Source of the DNA: Chromatiales bacterium
GTDB taxonomy: Bacteria > Pseudomonadota > Gammaproteobacteria > SZUA-140
Direction of reading: 5' to 3'
DNA: 35,216 bases
Assembly (NCBI GenBank): GCA_031285245.1
Contig: JAITWN010000123.1
Coordinates: 1 to 35,216, forward strand
Positions within the stretch are counted from its first letter, which is position 1. The number at the start of each line of letters is the position of its first letter. The position numbers and the translations under genes are program-made. This document shows positions 24,901 through 33,131 of this stretch, piece by piece. Below the pieces are notes generated by a model, which was not told the DNA's origin, did not search any database, and saw only the letters and a program-made list of their open reading frames with translations.

Positions 24901-25838
24901 AACTCGGCATCGCTCGCGCTGAGCTCGGCTTTGCCGCTGATGTGAGTGCCCGTGCCGCGCGCTGCGACGGTGCCGGCGCCAAGATGCAGCGCGCGTGCGC
25001 TGGGAATGAGCTGATCGAGACTGAAAGGTTCGATTTGGGTGGCGGCCCGCCAGGAAGGCTGCCGACCTTCGAGCTCGGCCGCGATATCGATGTGTATACC
25101 TATGGGGCTAAGCAGATCGGCTTCGGCTTGCAGCGCGCGCGTGCTGCCGCGGGCACTGAGTTTGGCTTCGAGGTGGCGTTCTGCGATCTGTGCTTGCGCG
25201 GTCGCTTGGAAATGTACGGAGCCACGACCATCGATCGGCAGTACGCCGCTCGCCTCTAACTTGGCCTTGAGCTGTGCTTGCGGGCTGAAAGCCGTAGCTT
25301 GCAGCGAGTCGATGATTAGCTCATCGCCCGCGGTGCGCAAATGGGCTTCAGCGTTGTCGATGATGATCGGCGCGTGCGTGCTAACGAGGAGCGTAGTCTC
25401 GCGCAGCGCAATGTCCTGCGCGTGTATCGAAAACGGCAGTTTCAGTGGTCGGCGCGATTTTTTTTCCTGATCGTCACCGGGCAAGATGATGGTCAGGCCG
25501 CGGCTTTCGAGACGATCGACATGCAGTCTGCCAAATAAAAGCTGCGCGGGTTGCCAATCGAGCTCGATGTGATCAGCAGTGAAAGTATTCTGATTGCTGC
25601 GATAGCGCAGGCCGTCGACGGCGAGCGGGCCGGCGAGCCGGCCACTGACCTGCGCGATTTCAAGCTCGGCGAAACGCAGTTGCAGCAAACGCACTAGCCA
25701 TTGCGCGGCGTTTTCGCTGTAGAGCGCATAGCCAATTGCGAACGGCAGCAGCGCCAGAATCAGCATTACTGTGCGAAACGGCGTGATCAGCCGGCGCTGT
25801 TTGGTTGAGGATTCGGGCTGCGTCACAGGCTGATTCAC
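21906..25838 (-). CDS. tamB: Translocation and assembly module inner-membrane subunit TamB (DUF490)
   Basis: 1310 aa with an N-terminal TM anchor, long beta-rich repeats, and a C-terminal DUF490-type end 'LSPRLYVRYIRGL...FRYRLGNRWSIETESG'. The GTG start overlaps the tamA stop (GTGA). Confidence 0.93.
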   Translation of the reverse strand: MNQPVTQPESSTKQRRLITPFRTVMLILALLPFAIGYALYSENAAQWLVRLLQLRFAELEIAQVSGRLAGPLAVDGLRYRSNQNTFTADHIELDWQPAQLLFGRLHVDRLESRGLTIILPGDDQEKKSRRPLKLPFSIHAQDIALRETTLLVSTHAPIIIDNAEAHLRTAGDELIIDSLQATAFSPQAQLKAKLEASGVLPIDGRGSVHFQATAQAQIAERHLEAKLSARGSTRALQAEADLLSPIGIHIDIAAELEGRQPSWRAATQIEPFSLDQLIPSARALHLGAGTVAARGTGTHISGKAELSASDAEFGDWTLDADGAWDGKRWAIPRFLLANADEATRISGRINEDAKGAFDADLEWKEFFWPPRRNEGHARFASPSGQAHFTGSPQDYRYQAFGEVLPGAALPPVTLELTGSGNLEGMRADTVRGRWLQGDWQGKAEIAWKPAVHAHALADVTDIDLAELYPVMRGINIDSAQIEFDLKREPDASLDTSIDKENKSGFDILLETQISALRGQAFGRPLGGHGQAHATLAHRRIDINELVLAVGATEIKVAGSIAEQLHLNWQLQSSDLADAFTEVLPNISGTAQAEGTLGGPLAALHLATTLRARDLAWNNQHAERMALTAELDLDATRREAGSASLLESLRWRAEVEGAGLTSGEFEIGSATLRTQGSLAAHQLALDTDQDQLQFSQQLNGTVHDGHWQGTLEHGRLLQAKLGLWMQTAPAAFDISAGTTSSLQALCWESAGTTVCGHGTRVKDSDDDTLTGEIAWQGFELQRLSPLLPGDFVDITGASKGRITAARTGAAPPNVQLEVEANHGALHNTSSQQRMLQTLNYQRATLRADFGADGARATLALTLGETENIGATLALPGYVLGAPPAPEQAISGTLKASLDNLDTLALFIPDIMPVGAHASANLTLSGTVAAPLLGGEAAIGVERISVLRLGIQIEALNLALKAHGNALSLAGNAHIGDGELTLDGDGHFLSTSDWSAQLTVKGDSLEVVRLPTAHIKASPDITLRFAPGELQFDGKLTVPWARLEPVRPMEGSTVAISDDVVIIGGAPTPQRTPLNMKGRIEFVLGDDVRLNGRGFDGRLTGRALIVVSGADVTAQGEINFVDGRFQAYGQNLAITQGRFLYAGGSIDNPAIDIIASRTRGERDEIEVGVRILGTAHAPIVELYSSPAMDDTDVLSYLIIGRPISQARAGEGEDLYQAASSLAIAGGSALAKQIGERFNLVEISIQTGTQTQDTALVLGRALSPRLYVRYIRGLMDENNAIQFRYRLGNRWSIETESGTRTGAGADILYTLER

Positions 25839-27562
25839 AGATCAGGCCCGAGGGTAAGGTGCAGACGCCAGGGCCGGTCTGGCAGGCTGAGTGCCTGCGC
25901 GAGATCGAGGCGCACTGAGCCGATGGGCGTGCTCCAGCGCAGACCGAAGCCTGCGCCGCGCATGGCGTGGAATGCCGTGTTATCGAAGGCGTTGCCGGCA
26001 TCCATGAACAGTGCGAGCGCGGTGCGTCCAAACAAGGTGTGCTCGTATTCGGCGCTGCCGACCAGCAGGTTTTTGCCGCCGACGATGACGCCATCGGCGT
26101 TGGCGGGACCAAGTGAGCTGAAGGCGTAGCCACGGATGCTGTTGTCGCCGCCGGCGAAGAAGCGCTGCGAAACCGGCAGATCCTGGAAGTCGGGTACCCA
26201 GCTGTAGCCGCCAGTTGCGCGCAGCAGCACGCGTGAGCGCGAGCTTGGGCTGAAGATGTAGCGGCCTTGCGCGCGCGGCTGCACGAAGGAGGTGTCGGAC
26301 AAGATGCCTTCGCGGGCGCCACGCACGCCGAAGGTGAGACTCCAGCCGTGCGTTGGCGCGATGCGCTGGTCGGCATGCACGCGCTGCCAGCTCACATGCG
26401 GGATGAGCAGGTTGCTGTCGTTGGAGATATCGACTCGATAGTGTTCGCGCTCGAAACTTACGCCCGCGGTGCGCAGCCAGGCGCCGGTTTGCTGCGTGAT
26501 TTCGGTGCCGACTGACGTCGTGGTGCGTGCGGAGGTGACGGTGTTTTCATCGAGCCAGGTGAAGCTGTAACTGAGCGCATCGGTGGCTGGCCGGCGCAGC
26601 GGAACGAAGTAACGCGCCTTGAAGCTCGCTTCAATCTCCGAGCGCTCAGCGAAGGCGTTGTAGTGATGGCCGCGCGTGTTGGCGCGCCGGCGTTCATAGC
26701 CGAGGCGCGCGCGTGGACCGGTGTCGGTGGCATAGCCCAAGCCGGCGCTGTAACGTCGGTCGGGCTTGGCTTCTAGATCCACTATGATGGGCACTTGCTG
26801 ATCATTGGCCTGCTCGACGAGGGTAATGACGTCGGCGCGGGCAAAGAAATCGCTGTCGGCGAGAGTGCGGCGCAGATTGAGCAGTTTGCGCGCATCGTAA
26901 GGATCGCCGGGTTTGAAAGTCAGATAACGATGGAGAAAGCTCTCCTTGAATTTCTCGTTCTGCATATTGACGGTGCCAAAGACATAGCGCGGCCCGGTAT
27001 CTATCTCCAATTCTATGGAAGCCTGGTAGGTCTTGAGGTCGACCGTGATGCGATGTGTGATCAGCTCGGCGCTGAAATAGCCACGTTCCCGGGTGAGTTG
27101 CAGCAGCTCCTGTTTGCTGCGCTCGTAGAGCGCATGGTCGAGTCCATCGCCGACCTGGATGGGGTAGGTGGCGCGCCAATTCAGCAGAGCCGAGTCGCTG
27201 CTACCCGCGCCGCGCAGCTCGATCGCCACTTTATCCATTTTTATGCGCGGCCCGGTATCAATGACGTAACGCGCCGTCCAATGATCGCCGGTCTTGAGGA
27301 GTTCGGCATCGATGTGAGGTCGGTAAAAACCGAAGGGTTCGAGCGCGTGGCGGATTTCCTCGGGAGCGAGACCATGCAGGCGCTGAATGACGGCTTCGCT
27401 GAGCAGCGGGTGCTCGCGTTGCTGGTAAAGGCTGAGATTGCCGCGCACGTTATCCAGTATGGCGTCTGATACGCCTTGGATATCGATAGTGGCCCCGGTG
27501 TCGGCCCACGCCGCGTTGCATAGCAAAAAAGTGAGCGCGGCCACCAGGAGTTTTCTGAACAT
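25835..27562 (-). CDS. tamA: Omp85-family outer-membrane protein TamA
   Basis: Start placed at internal ATG 27562, giving signal peptide 'MFRKLLVAALTFLLCNAAWA'. POTRA region followed by a barrel with 'FFAGGDNSIRGY'. Confidence 0.93.
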   Translation of the reverse strand: MFRKLLVAALTFLLCNAAWADTGATIDIQGVSDAILDNVRGNLSLYQQREHPLLSEAVIQRLHGLAPEEIRHALEPFGFYRPHIDAELLKTGDHWTARYVIDTGPRIKMDKVAIELRGAGSSDSALLNWRATYPIQVGDGLDHALYERSKQELLQLTRERGYFSAELITHRITVDLKTYQASIELEIDTGPRYVFGTVNMQNEKFKESFLHRYLTFKPGDPYDARKLLNLRRTLADSDFFARADVITLVEQANDQQVPIIVDLEAKPDRRYSAGLGYATDTGPRARLGYERRRANTRGHHYNAFAERSEIEASFKARYFVPLRRPATDALSYSFTWLDENTVTSARTTTSVGTEITQQTGAWLRTAGVSFEREHYRVDISNDSNLLIPHVSWQRVHADQRIAPTHGWSLTFGVRGAREGILSDTSFVQPRAQGRYIFSPSSRSRVLLRATGGYSWVPDFQDLPVSQRFFAGGDNSIRGYAFSSLGPANADGVIVGGKNLLVGSAEYEHTLFGRTALALFMDAGNAFDNTAFHAMRGAGFGLRWSTPIGSVRLDLAQALSLPDRPWRLHLTLGPDL

Positions 27563-27568
27563 CGCGCC

Positions 27569-27574
27569 ATTATA
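27569..27574 (-). promoter_or_regulatory. Perfect TATAAT hexamer 6 nt upstream of the tamA ATG (possible -10 element; leaderless or near-leaderless transcript?)
   Basis: The minus strand reads cccgaTATAATggcgcgATG. There is no Shine-Dalgarno in the 6-nt gap and no convincing -35. Confidence 0.25.
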
Positions 27575-27616
27575 TCGGGCGGTGTGGGGGAAACGTCTCC
27601 ACAATCTCGCGGAGTC

Positions 27617-27716
27617 TGGAAGCCCAGCGCTTTTCACGACCGGCGGCCACCAAGGATGGCGGTCGCCGAGCGGTCAGGATGACGAAAAGCGTGTCGTGAA
27701 AAGCGCTGGGCTTCCA
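27617..27716. repeat. Perfect 24-bp inverted repeat with a 52-nt spacer between the spoVR stop and the tamA start
   Basis: tggaagcccagcgcttttcacgac (27617-27640) and gtcgtgaaaagcgctgggcttcca (27693-27716) are exact reverse complements. The arm motif gtcgtgaaaagcg resembles gtcctgaaaaagcg of the dispersed repeat family. Confidence 0.85.
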
Positions 27717-27871
27717 AACTCGTCCACTGATGTCCGATGATGGCCGCCGACGGTCCCGTATTGCGAAGGTGGGGCGCGCCATCGACCCGTGAGGTTCGTG
27801 ATACACCATGAGTGGCTTACGCCATGGCCTCGTGGTGGCGCAGACAGCTTCGTCGTGGGATACGCCGCCAG

Positions 27872-29404
27872 CTAGCTACTCTGTCCCCGCGGCGGAGCGT
27901 CGCAAGAATAAGACTGCAAGGCGCGGCCATCGCCATCGACCGTCTCTAGCCGTACGGTGAAGCCCCACAGTCTTGCGACGTGGCGCAGCACCTCGTTGAC
28001 ATCGCCGTGCAGGGGGCGGCGTCGGTGCTGGGTGTGGCGCAGGGTCAGTGAGCGGTCGCCTTCGCGGTTGACGTCGTAGACCTGGATGTCGGGTTCGTTG
28101 CTGCCGAGATTGTAATGATCGGCGAGTGCGCGTCGCACTTGGCGATAGCCAGCGTCGTCGTGGATGGCGGTGACTTCGAGTTTGCGGCTGCGGTCATCGT
28201 CGAGCACCGCGAAGAGTTTCAGATCGCGCATCACCTTGGGCGAGAGGTACTGGGCGATGAAGCTCTCATCCTTGAAATTGCGCATGGCGAAGTCGAGCGT
28301 GCGCTGCCAGCTCGAGCCCGCGATGTTGGGGAACCAGCGCTCATCTTCCGCACTTGGTTGCTCACAGATACGGCGGATGTCGCTCATCATCGCAAAGCCG
28401 AGCGTGTAGGGGTTGATGCCATTGTAGTGCGCGCTGCTGTAGGGCGGCTGGTAGATGACGTTGGTGTGACTGTGCATGAATTCGAGCATGAAGGCGTCAT
28501 CGACCAACCCTTCATCGAACATGCGATTGATGATGGTGTAGTGCCAGAAGGTCGCCCAGCCTTCGTTCATCACCTGCGTCTGGCGCTGCGGGTAGAAATA
28601 CTGCGCGAGTTTACGCACGATGCGCACGATTTCGCGCTGCCAGGGCCGCAGCAGCGGCGCGTTTTTTTCGATGAAATAGAGCAGATTCTCCTGCGGTTCG
28701 ACCGGATAACGCGACGTTGTGCGCGCTTCCTCGGGTAGGGTGAATTGGGGAATGGTGCGCCATAGATCATTGATCTGCATTTGCAGACGTTCTTCGCGTT
28801 CGTGCTGGCGTTGGCGTTCTTCGCGCGCCGAGAGTGGCGACGGGCGTTTGTAGCGATCGACGCCGTAATTCATCAGCGCATGGCAGGAATCGAGCATCAG
28901 TTCGACCGCTTCTTCGCCATGACGACGTTCGCAGCCCGCGATGTAGTTACGGGCGAAGAGCAGGTAATCGATGATGGCGTCCGCGCTGGTCCAGGTGCGA
29001 AATAAATAATTGCCCTTGAAAAAAGAGTTATGACCATAGCTCGCATGAGCGATGACCAGCGCCTGCATCATCATGGTGTTTTCTTCCATGAGATAGGCGA
29101 TGCAGGGGTTGGAGTTGATGACGATCTCATAGGCAAGGCCCATGTGACCGCGGCGATAACGCTGCTCGACGCCGAGAAACTGCTTGCCGTAAGACCAATG
29201 ATGGTAACCAATCGGCATGCCGACGGAGGAATAAGCATCCATCATCTGCTCGGCGCTGATCACTTCGATTTGGTTGGGATAGGTATCGAGCCCGAAGCTG
29301 GCTGCGATGTGGGCGATTTCCCGTTCGTAGCGCTCGATCAATTCGAAGGTCCACTCCGAGCCGTGCGAGATCGGGGTGCGGACTGTTGTTGCAGGTGCAT
29401 TCAT
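27872..29404 (-). CDS. ycgB: SpoVR/YcgB-family protein
   Basis: 510 aa, third gene of the conserved prkA-yeaH-spoVR arrangement. The ATG overlaps the yeaH stop (ATGA). Confidence 0.93.
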   Translation of the reverse strand: MNAPATTVRTPISHGSEWTFELIERYEREIAHIAASFGLDTYPNQIEVISAEQMMDAYSSVGMPIGYHHWSYGKQFLGVEQRYRRGHMGLAYEIVINSNPCIAYLMEENTMMMQALVIAHASYGHNSFFKGNYLFRTWTSADAIIDYLLFARNYIAGCERRHGEEAVELMLDSCHALMNYGVDRYKRPSPLSAREERQRQHEREERLQMQINDLWRTIPQFTLPEEARTTSRYPVEPQENLLYFIEKNAPLLRPWQREIVRIVRKLAQYFYPQRQTQVMNEGWATFWHYTIINRMFDEGLVDDAFMLEFMHSHTNVIYQPPYSSAHYNGINPYTLGFAMMSDIRRICEQPSAEDERWFPNIAGSSWQRTLDFAMRNFKDESFIAQYLSPKVMRDLKLFAVLDDDRSRKLEVTAIHDDAGYRQVRRALADHYNLGSNEPDIQVYDVNREGDRSLTLRHTQHRRRPLHGDVNEVLRHVARLWGFTVRLETVDGDGRALQSYSCDAPPRGQSS

Positions 29405-30681
29405 GCGGCGGCCTTTTTGCGAAACAGGCGGTGAAATACCGGATAAATATCGGTGAGACCATCGATGCGCTGGGTGGCGAAATTGCGATACTGCGCGGCG
29501 ACCTGCTGGTATTCACGCCATAGGCTCTGGTGTTCGTCGGGTTTGATCTCGACGTAAGCGTAATATTGTAGGCGCGGCATGATGGCGTCGGTGAGCAGCT
29601 TGCGGCAGTGTGGAGAGTCATCGTTCCAGTTGTCGCCGTCAGAGGCCTGGGCGGCGTAGATATTCCAGTCTGAGCTGGCGTAACGCTTGGTGATGATGCT
29701 CTGCATCAGTTCGAGTGCGCTTGAAACCACCGTGCCGCCGGTTTCGCGCGAGCGGAAAAACTCTTCTTCTTCGACTTCTTTGGCGGCGGTGTGGTGGCGG
29801 ATGAAAACCACTTCGGTATGCTCGTAATTACGTTTGAGAAAAAGATAAAGCAGGATGAAAAAACGCTTGGCGATATCTTTGCGCGATTCATCCATCGAGC
29901 CTGAGACATCCATCAGGCAGAACATCACCGCGCGCGTGGTCGGGCGCGGCTGACGGATGCGGTTGTTGTAACGCAGGTCCAGCGTGTCGATGAAAGGAAT
30001 GGTTTGTCGGCCGCGGCGCAAACTCTGCACGCGCGCGCTGAGTGCGCGAACGTTATCTTCAGTGCTTGGGTTTTCCTCCTCATCACTTTGCTGCGTACTC
30101 ACCGCCGAAAGCTCGCTTTCGGCTTCACGCAGACGCCGATCGTAACTGGCGCGCAGTGCGATGCGGCGCGAGAGTGCTTCACGCAGCGAGCGCACGACAT
30201 TGATGTTGGCGGGGATACCGTCGCGGCTGTAGCCCGCGCGCACCAGTTTGTGCTCGACGTTGGTGGCGAGCTGGGTTTTGATGAGATTGGGCAGAGCGAG
30301 GTCATCAAAGAAAAACTCCATGAATTCTTCGCGCGTCAGCGTGAAGACGAAATCATCGGTGCCTTCTCCGTCGCGGCTCGCGCCGCCACCACCGCCGTCG
30401 CCTTCGTTCGGGCGTTTGATGCGATCGCCGGCGATGTAAGCATCGTTGCCGGGCAGCACAGTTTCACGCTCGCCGCCTTTGCCATGGCGAAAGCGCGGTT
30501 CGTTGATGTCGCGCGCGGGGATATTGATCTTCTCGCCGGACTCGATGTCGATGATGCTGCGCTGCGAGATGGTGCCTGCGACAGCGCGCTTGATTTGCTC
30601 ACGAAAACGACGGATGAATCGCTGCCGGTTGACAGCGCTTTTGTTCTTGCCGTTGAGTCTTCTATCAATGATCTGTGGCAC
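29401..30681 (-). CDS. yeaH: YeaH/YhbH-family (DUF444, UPF0229) protein with a vWA-like MIDAS motif
   Basis: 426 aa with '[22 protein letters not shown]' N-terminus and 'LMDVSGSM'. It starts 17 nt downstream of prkA. Confidence 0.93.
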   Translation of the reverse strand: MPQIIDRRLNGKNKSAVNRQRFIRRFREQIKRAVAGTISQRSIIDIESGEKINIPARDINEPRFRHGKGGERETVLPGNDAYIAGDRIKRPNEGDGGGGGASRDGEGTDDFVFTLTREEFMEFFFDDLALPNLIKTQLATNVEHKLVRAGYSRDGIPANINVVRSLREALSRRIALRASYDRRLREAESELSAVSTQQSDEEENPSTEDNVRALSARVQSLRRGRQTIPFIDTLDLRYNNRIRQPRPTTRAVMFCLMDVSGSMDESRKDIAKRFFILLYLFLKRNYEHTEVVFIRHHTAAKEVEEEEFFRSRETGGTVVSSALELMQSIITKRYASSDWNIYAAQASDGDNWNDDSPHCRKLLTDAIMPRLQYYAYVEIKPDEHQSLWREYQQVAAQYRNFATQRIDGLTDIYPVFHRLFRKKAAA

Positions 30682-30698
30682 GTTGTCGTCTCAGTGCT

Positions 30699-32621
30699 TT
30701 AGTTCGACTTGCGTACGCGCAGATACCACTCGGTGAGCAGGCGTACCTGTTTTTCCGTGTAGCCCTTGTCCATCATTCGGCGCACGAAGCTCTGATGCTT
30801 TTTGATGTCTTCGCCGGAAGATTTCGGGTTGAAGGAGATCACCGGCAGCAGCGCTTCGGTATTGGAGAACATCTTCTTCTCGATCACTTCGCGCAGTTTC
30901 TCGTAGCTAGTCCAGTGCGGATTTTTGCCGTTGTTCTGGGCGCGGGCGCGCAGGACGAAGTTGACGATCTCGTTGCGAAAATCCTTCGGATTGCTGATGC
31001 CGGCTGGCTTTTCGATTTTCTCCAGCTCCTCGTTGAGTGCGCCGCGGTCGAAATTCTCACCGGTATCCATGTCGTGATATTCCTCGTCCTGGATCCAGTA
31101 ATCGGCGTATACCACGTAACGATCGAAGATGTTCTGCCCATACTCAGAATAGGATTCAAGATAGGCGGTCTGGATTTCCTTGCCGATGAAATCCACATAC
31201 TGCGGTGCGAGATGACCCTTGATATAGGACAGATAACGGTCTTCGATCTCAGCCGGGAATTGCTCCTGCTCGATCTGATTTTCAAGCACATAGAGTAGGT
31301 GTACGGGGTTTGCGGCGATTTCGCTGTGATCGTAGTTGAAGACTTTCGATAGGATCTTGAAAGCAAAACGTGTAGACAGCCCCGACATGCCTTCATCAAC
31401 GCCGGCGTAATCGCGGTACTCCTGATAAGACTTTGCTTTGGGGTCGATGTCTTTGAGATTCTCGCCGTCGTAGATGCGCATCTTGGAGAAGATGCTCGAA
31501 TTCTCCGGCTCCTTCAGGCGCGAGAGCACGGAGAACTGCGCCATCATGCTGAGCGTGTCGGGCGCGCAGGGCGCACGTGACAGGGAGCTGTGCTGGACCA
31601 GCTTCTCGTAGATATGCACTTCTTCAGAGACGCGCAGGCAATACGGCACCTTGACGATGTAGATGCGATCGAGGAAGGCTTCGTTGTTGCGGTTGTTCTT
31701 GAAGCTCAGCCACTCCGATTCGTTGGAGTGAGCGAGGATGACGCCATCGAAGGGAATCGCGCCGAGGCCCTCGGTACCGTTGTAGTTGCCTTCCTGAGTT
31801 GCAGTGAGCAGCGGGTGCAACACTTTGATCGGCGCTTTGAACATCTCGACGAATTCGAGCAGGCCCTGGTTGGCGAGGCAAAGCCCCCCTGAATAGGAAT
31901 AGGCGTCGGGGTCGTCCTGCGAGAATTCTTCGAGCTTGCGGATATCGATTTTGCCGACGAGCGAGGAGATATCCTGATTGTTTTCATCGCCCGGCTCGGT
32001 CTTGGCGACGGCGATCTGCTTGAGTATCGATGGGCGCAGCTTGACCACGTGAAAGCGGCTGATGTCCCCGTTGTATTCATGCAGACGCTTGACCGCCCAC
32101 GGCGACATGATGCCGCTCAGATAGCGCCGCGGAATGCCAAAATCCTCTTCGAGAATAGGCCCATCTTCGTGCGGCTTGAATAGACCAAGCGGCGATTCGT
32201 TGATCGGTGAGCCCTTGATAGCATAGAAGGACTGCTGCTCGACCAGTGATTTGAGCTTCTCGGCGAGCGAGGATTTGCCGCCACCGACAGGTCCGAGTAG
32301 ATAAAGGATCTGCTTTTTCTCTTCGAGCCCCTGCGCGGCGTGCCTGAAATAGGCGACGATGCGTTCGATGGCTTCTTCCATACCGTAGAAATCACGGAAG
32401 GCCGGGTAGATGCGGATGACTTTGTTGGAGAAGATGCGGCTGAGGCGCGGATCTTTCTTGGTATCGATGAGCTCGGGCTCACCGATTGCCATCAACAAGC
32501 GCTCTGCGGCGCTGGCATAGACTGAGGGATCGTTCTTGCAGAGCTCCAGATACTCCTGAAGCGAATACTCTTCTTCCTTGGCTTCTTCGAAGCGGGACCG
32601 ATATTGATCGAAAATGCTCAT
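30699..32621 (-). CDS. prkA: PrkA/YeaG-family serine protein kinase (AAA-like N-domain)
   Basis: Start placed at internal ATG 32621 ('MSIFDQYRSRFEEAKEEEYSLQEYLELCK', collinear with the E. coli YeaG N-terminus; SD GAGGG 7 nt upstream). Walker A is 'GPVGGGKSSLAEKLK'. Confidence 0.95.
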   Translation of the reverse strand: MSIFDQYRSRFEEAKEEEYSLQEYLELCKNDPSVYASAAERLLMAIGEPELIDTKKDPRLSRIFSNKVIRIYPAFRDFYGMEEAIERIVAYFRHAAQGLEEKKQILYLLGPVGGGKSSLAEKLKSLVEQQSFYAIKGSPINESPLGLFKPHEDGPILEEDFGIPRRYLSGIMSPWAVKRLHEYNGDISRFHVVKLRPSILKQIAVAKTEPGDENNQDISSLVGKIDIRKLEEFSQDDPDAYSYSGGLCLANQGLLEFVEMFKAPIKVLHPLLTATQEGNYNGTEGLGAIPFDGVILAHSNESEWLSFKNNRNNEAFLDRIYIVKVPYCLRVSEEVHIYEKLVQHSSLSRAPCAPDTLSMMAQFSVLSRLKEPENSSIFSKMRIYDGENLKDIDPKAKSYQEYRDYAGVDEGMSGLSTRFAFKILSKVFNYDHSEIAANPVHLLYVLENQIEQEQFPAEIEDRYLSYIKGHLAPQYVDFIGKEIQTAYLESYSEYGQNIFDRYVVYADYWIQDEEYHDMDTGENFDRGALNEELEKIEKPAGISNPKDFRNEIVNFVLRARAQNNGKNPHWTSYEKLREVIEKKMFSNTEALLPVISFNPKSSGEDIKKHQSFVRRMMDKGYTEKQVRLLTEWYLRVRKSN

Positions 32622-32827
32622 GACGATGCCCTCGTAAGACTTTTGAAGTGCTTGCGTGGCGGACAACCGTCCAGATCTGGCCCTATCTCTTCCTCATTGC
32701 TTGTTGTTGCTTCTTCAGGTTTCTCGGCTCAGAACATCCGGTGAGTTCCACCTTGTTCTGTCGTGGCAGCCGAAGTGTAGTGACGGAGTCACGATTGCTG
32801 CGGCGATGCCGATACATAACAGATTTA

Positions 32828-32844
32828 ATGCGACACTACACCCA
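32828..32844 (-). promoter_or_regulatory. Weak candidate sigma54-type -24/-12 element upstream of prkA
   Basis: The minus strand reads TGGGTGTAGTGTCGCAT. GG and GC dinucleotides sit at the canonical TGGCAC-N5-TTGC spacing, but other positions mismatch. It lies ~200 nt upstream of the prkA ATG. Confidence 0.2.
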
Positions 32845-33131
32845 CTCCTTGCTTCAGGTACGCGCGATACGCCCCCATGATGCGATTTGGCGCAATCGCT
32901 AAGTCGGTTGATCAAAGTGATCGATAAAGAGCATTTACTGCTGAAGTTTTAGTGATGGCGGAGTGTGGCTCGCCGGCATTATAAAGCGATCTCGCATTAG
33001 GTTGGGTACGTATTTTTCAGTGTTTTTTGCTGATTCATATCACCCAGCGTCCGAGCGGACAGGTTTACTTTGAAGGAAGTTGTTGATTAAACTTCGAGTT
33101 GCGTTGCGGTCTTTGTGAAGGAGTGGAACAG

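Noticed and set aside
22092-25538. Many 60-290-aa ORFs on both strands inside tamB (e.g. 23703..24575, 23747..24406, 22489..23214)
   Set aside because: All are nested in the 1310-aa TamB frame, which has the diagnostic N-terminal anchor and DUF490 C-terminus. The nested products are low-complexity Ala/Arg/Ser-rich.
27438-27809. 100-aa plus-strand and 79-aa minus-strand ORFs in the spoVR-tamA spacer
   Set aside because: Both run through the 24-bp perfect inverted repeat, have no SD or motif, and mirror each other. They are non-coding structure.
28115-31298. Plus-strand ORFs of 207-232 aa (28115..28738, 30004..30702, 30675..31298) opposite spoVR, yeaH and prkA
   Set aside because: They are antisense to three strongly supported conserved genes and have no motifs of their own.
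32648-32915. Small overlapping ORFs (84, 74 and 66 aa) in the prkA-TPR intergenic region
   Set aside because: They mutually overlap in an AT-richer regulatory spacer and have no ribosome-binding sites or recognisable features. They cannot be supported as genes from sequence alone.
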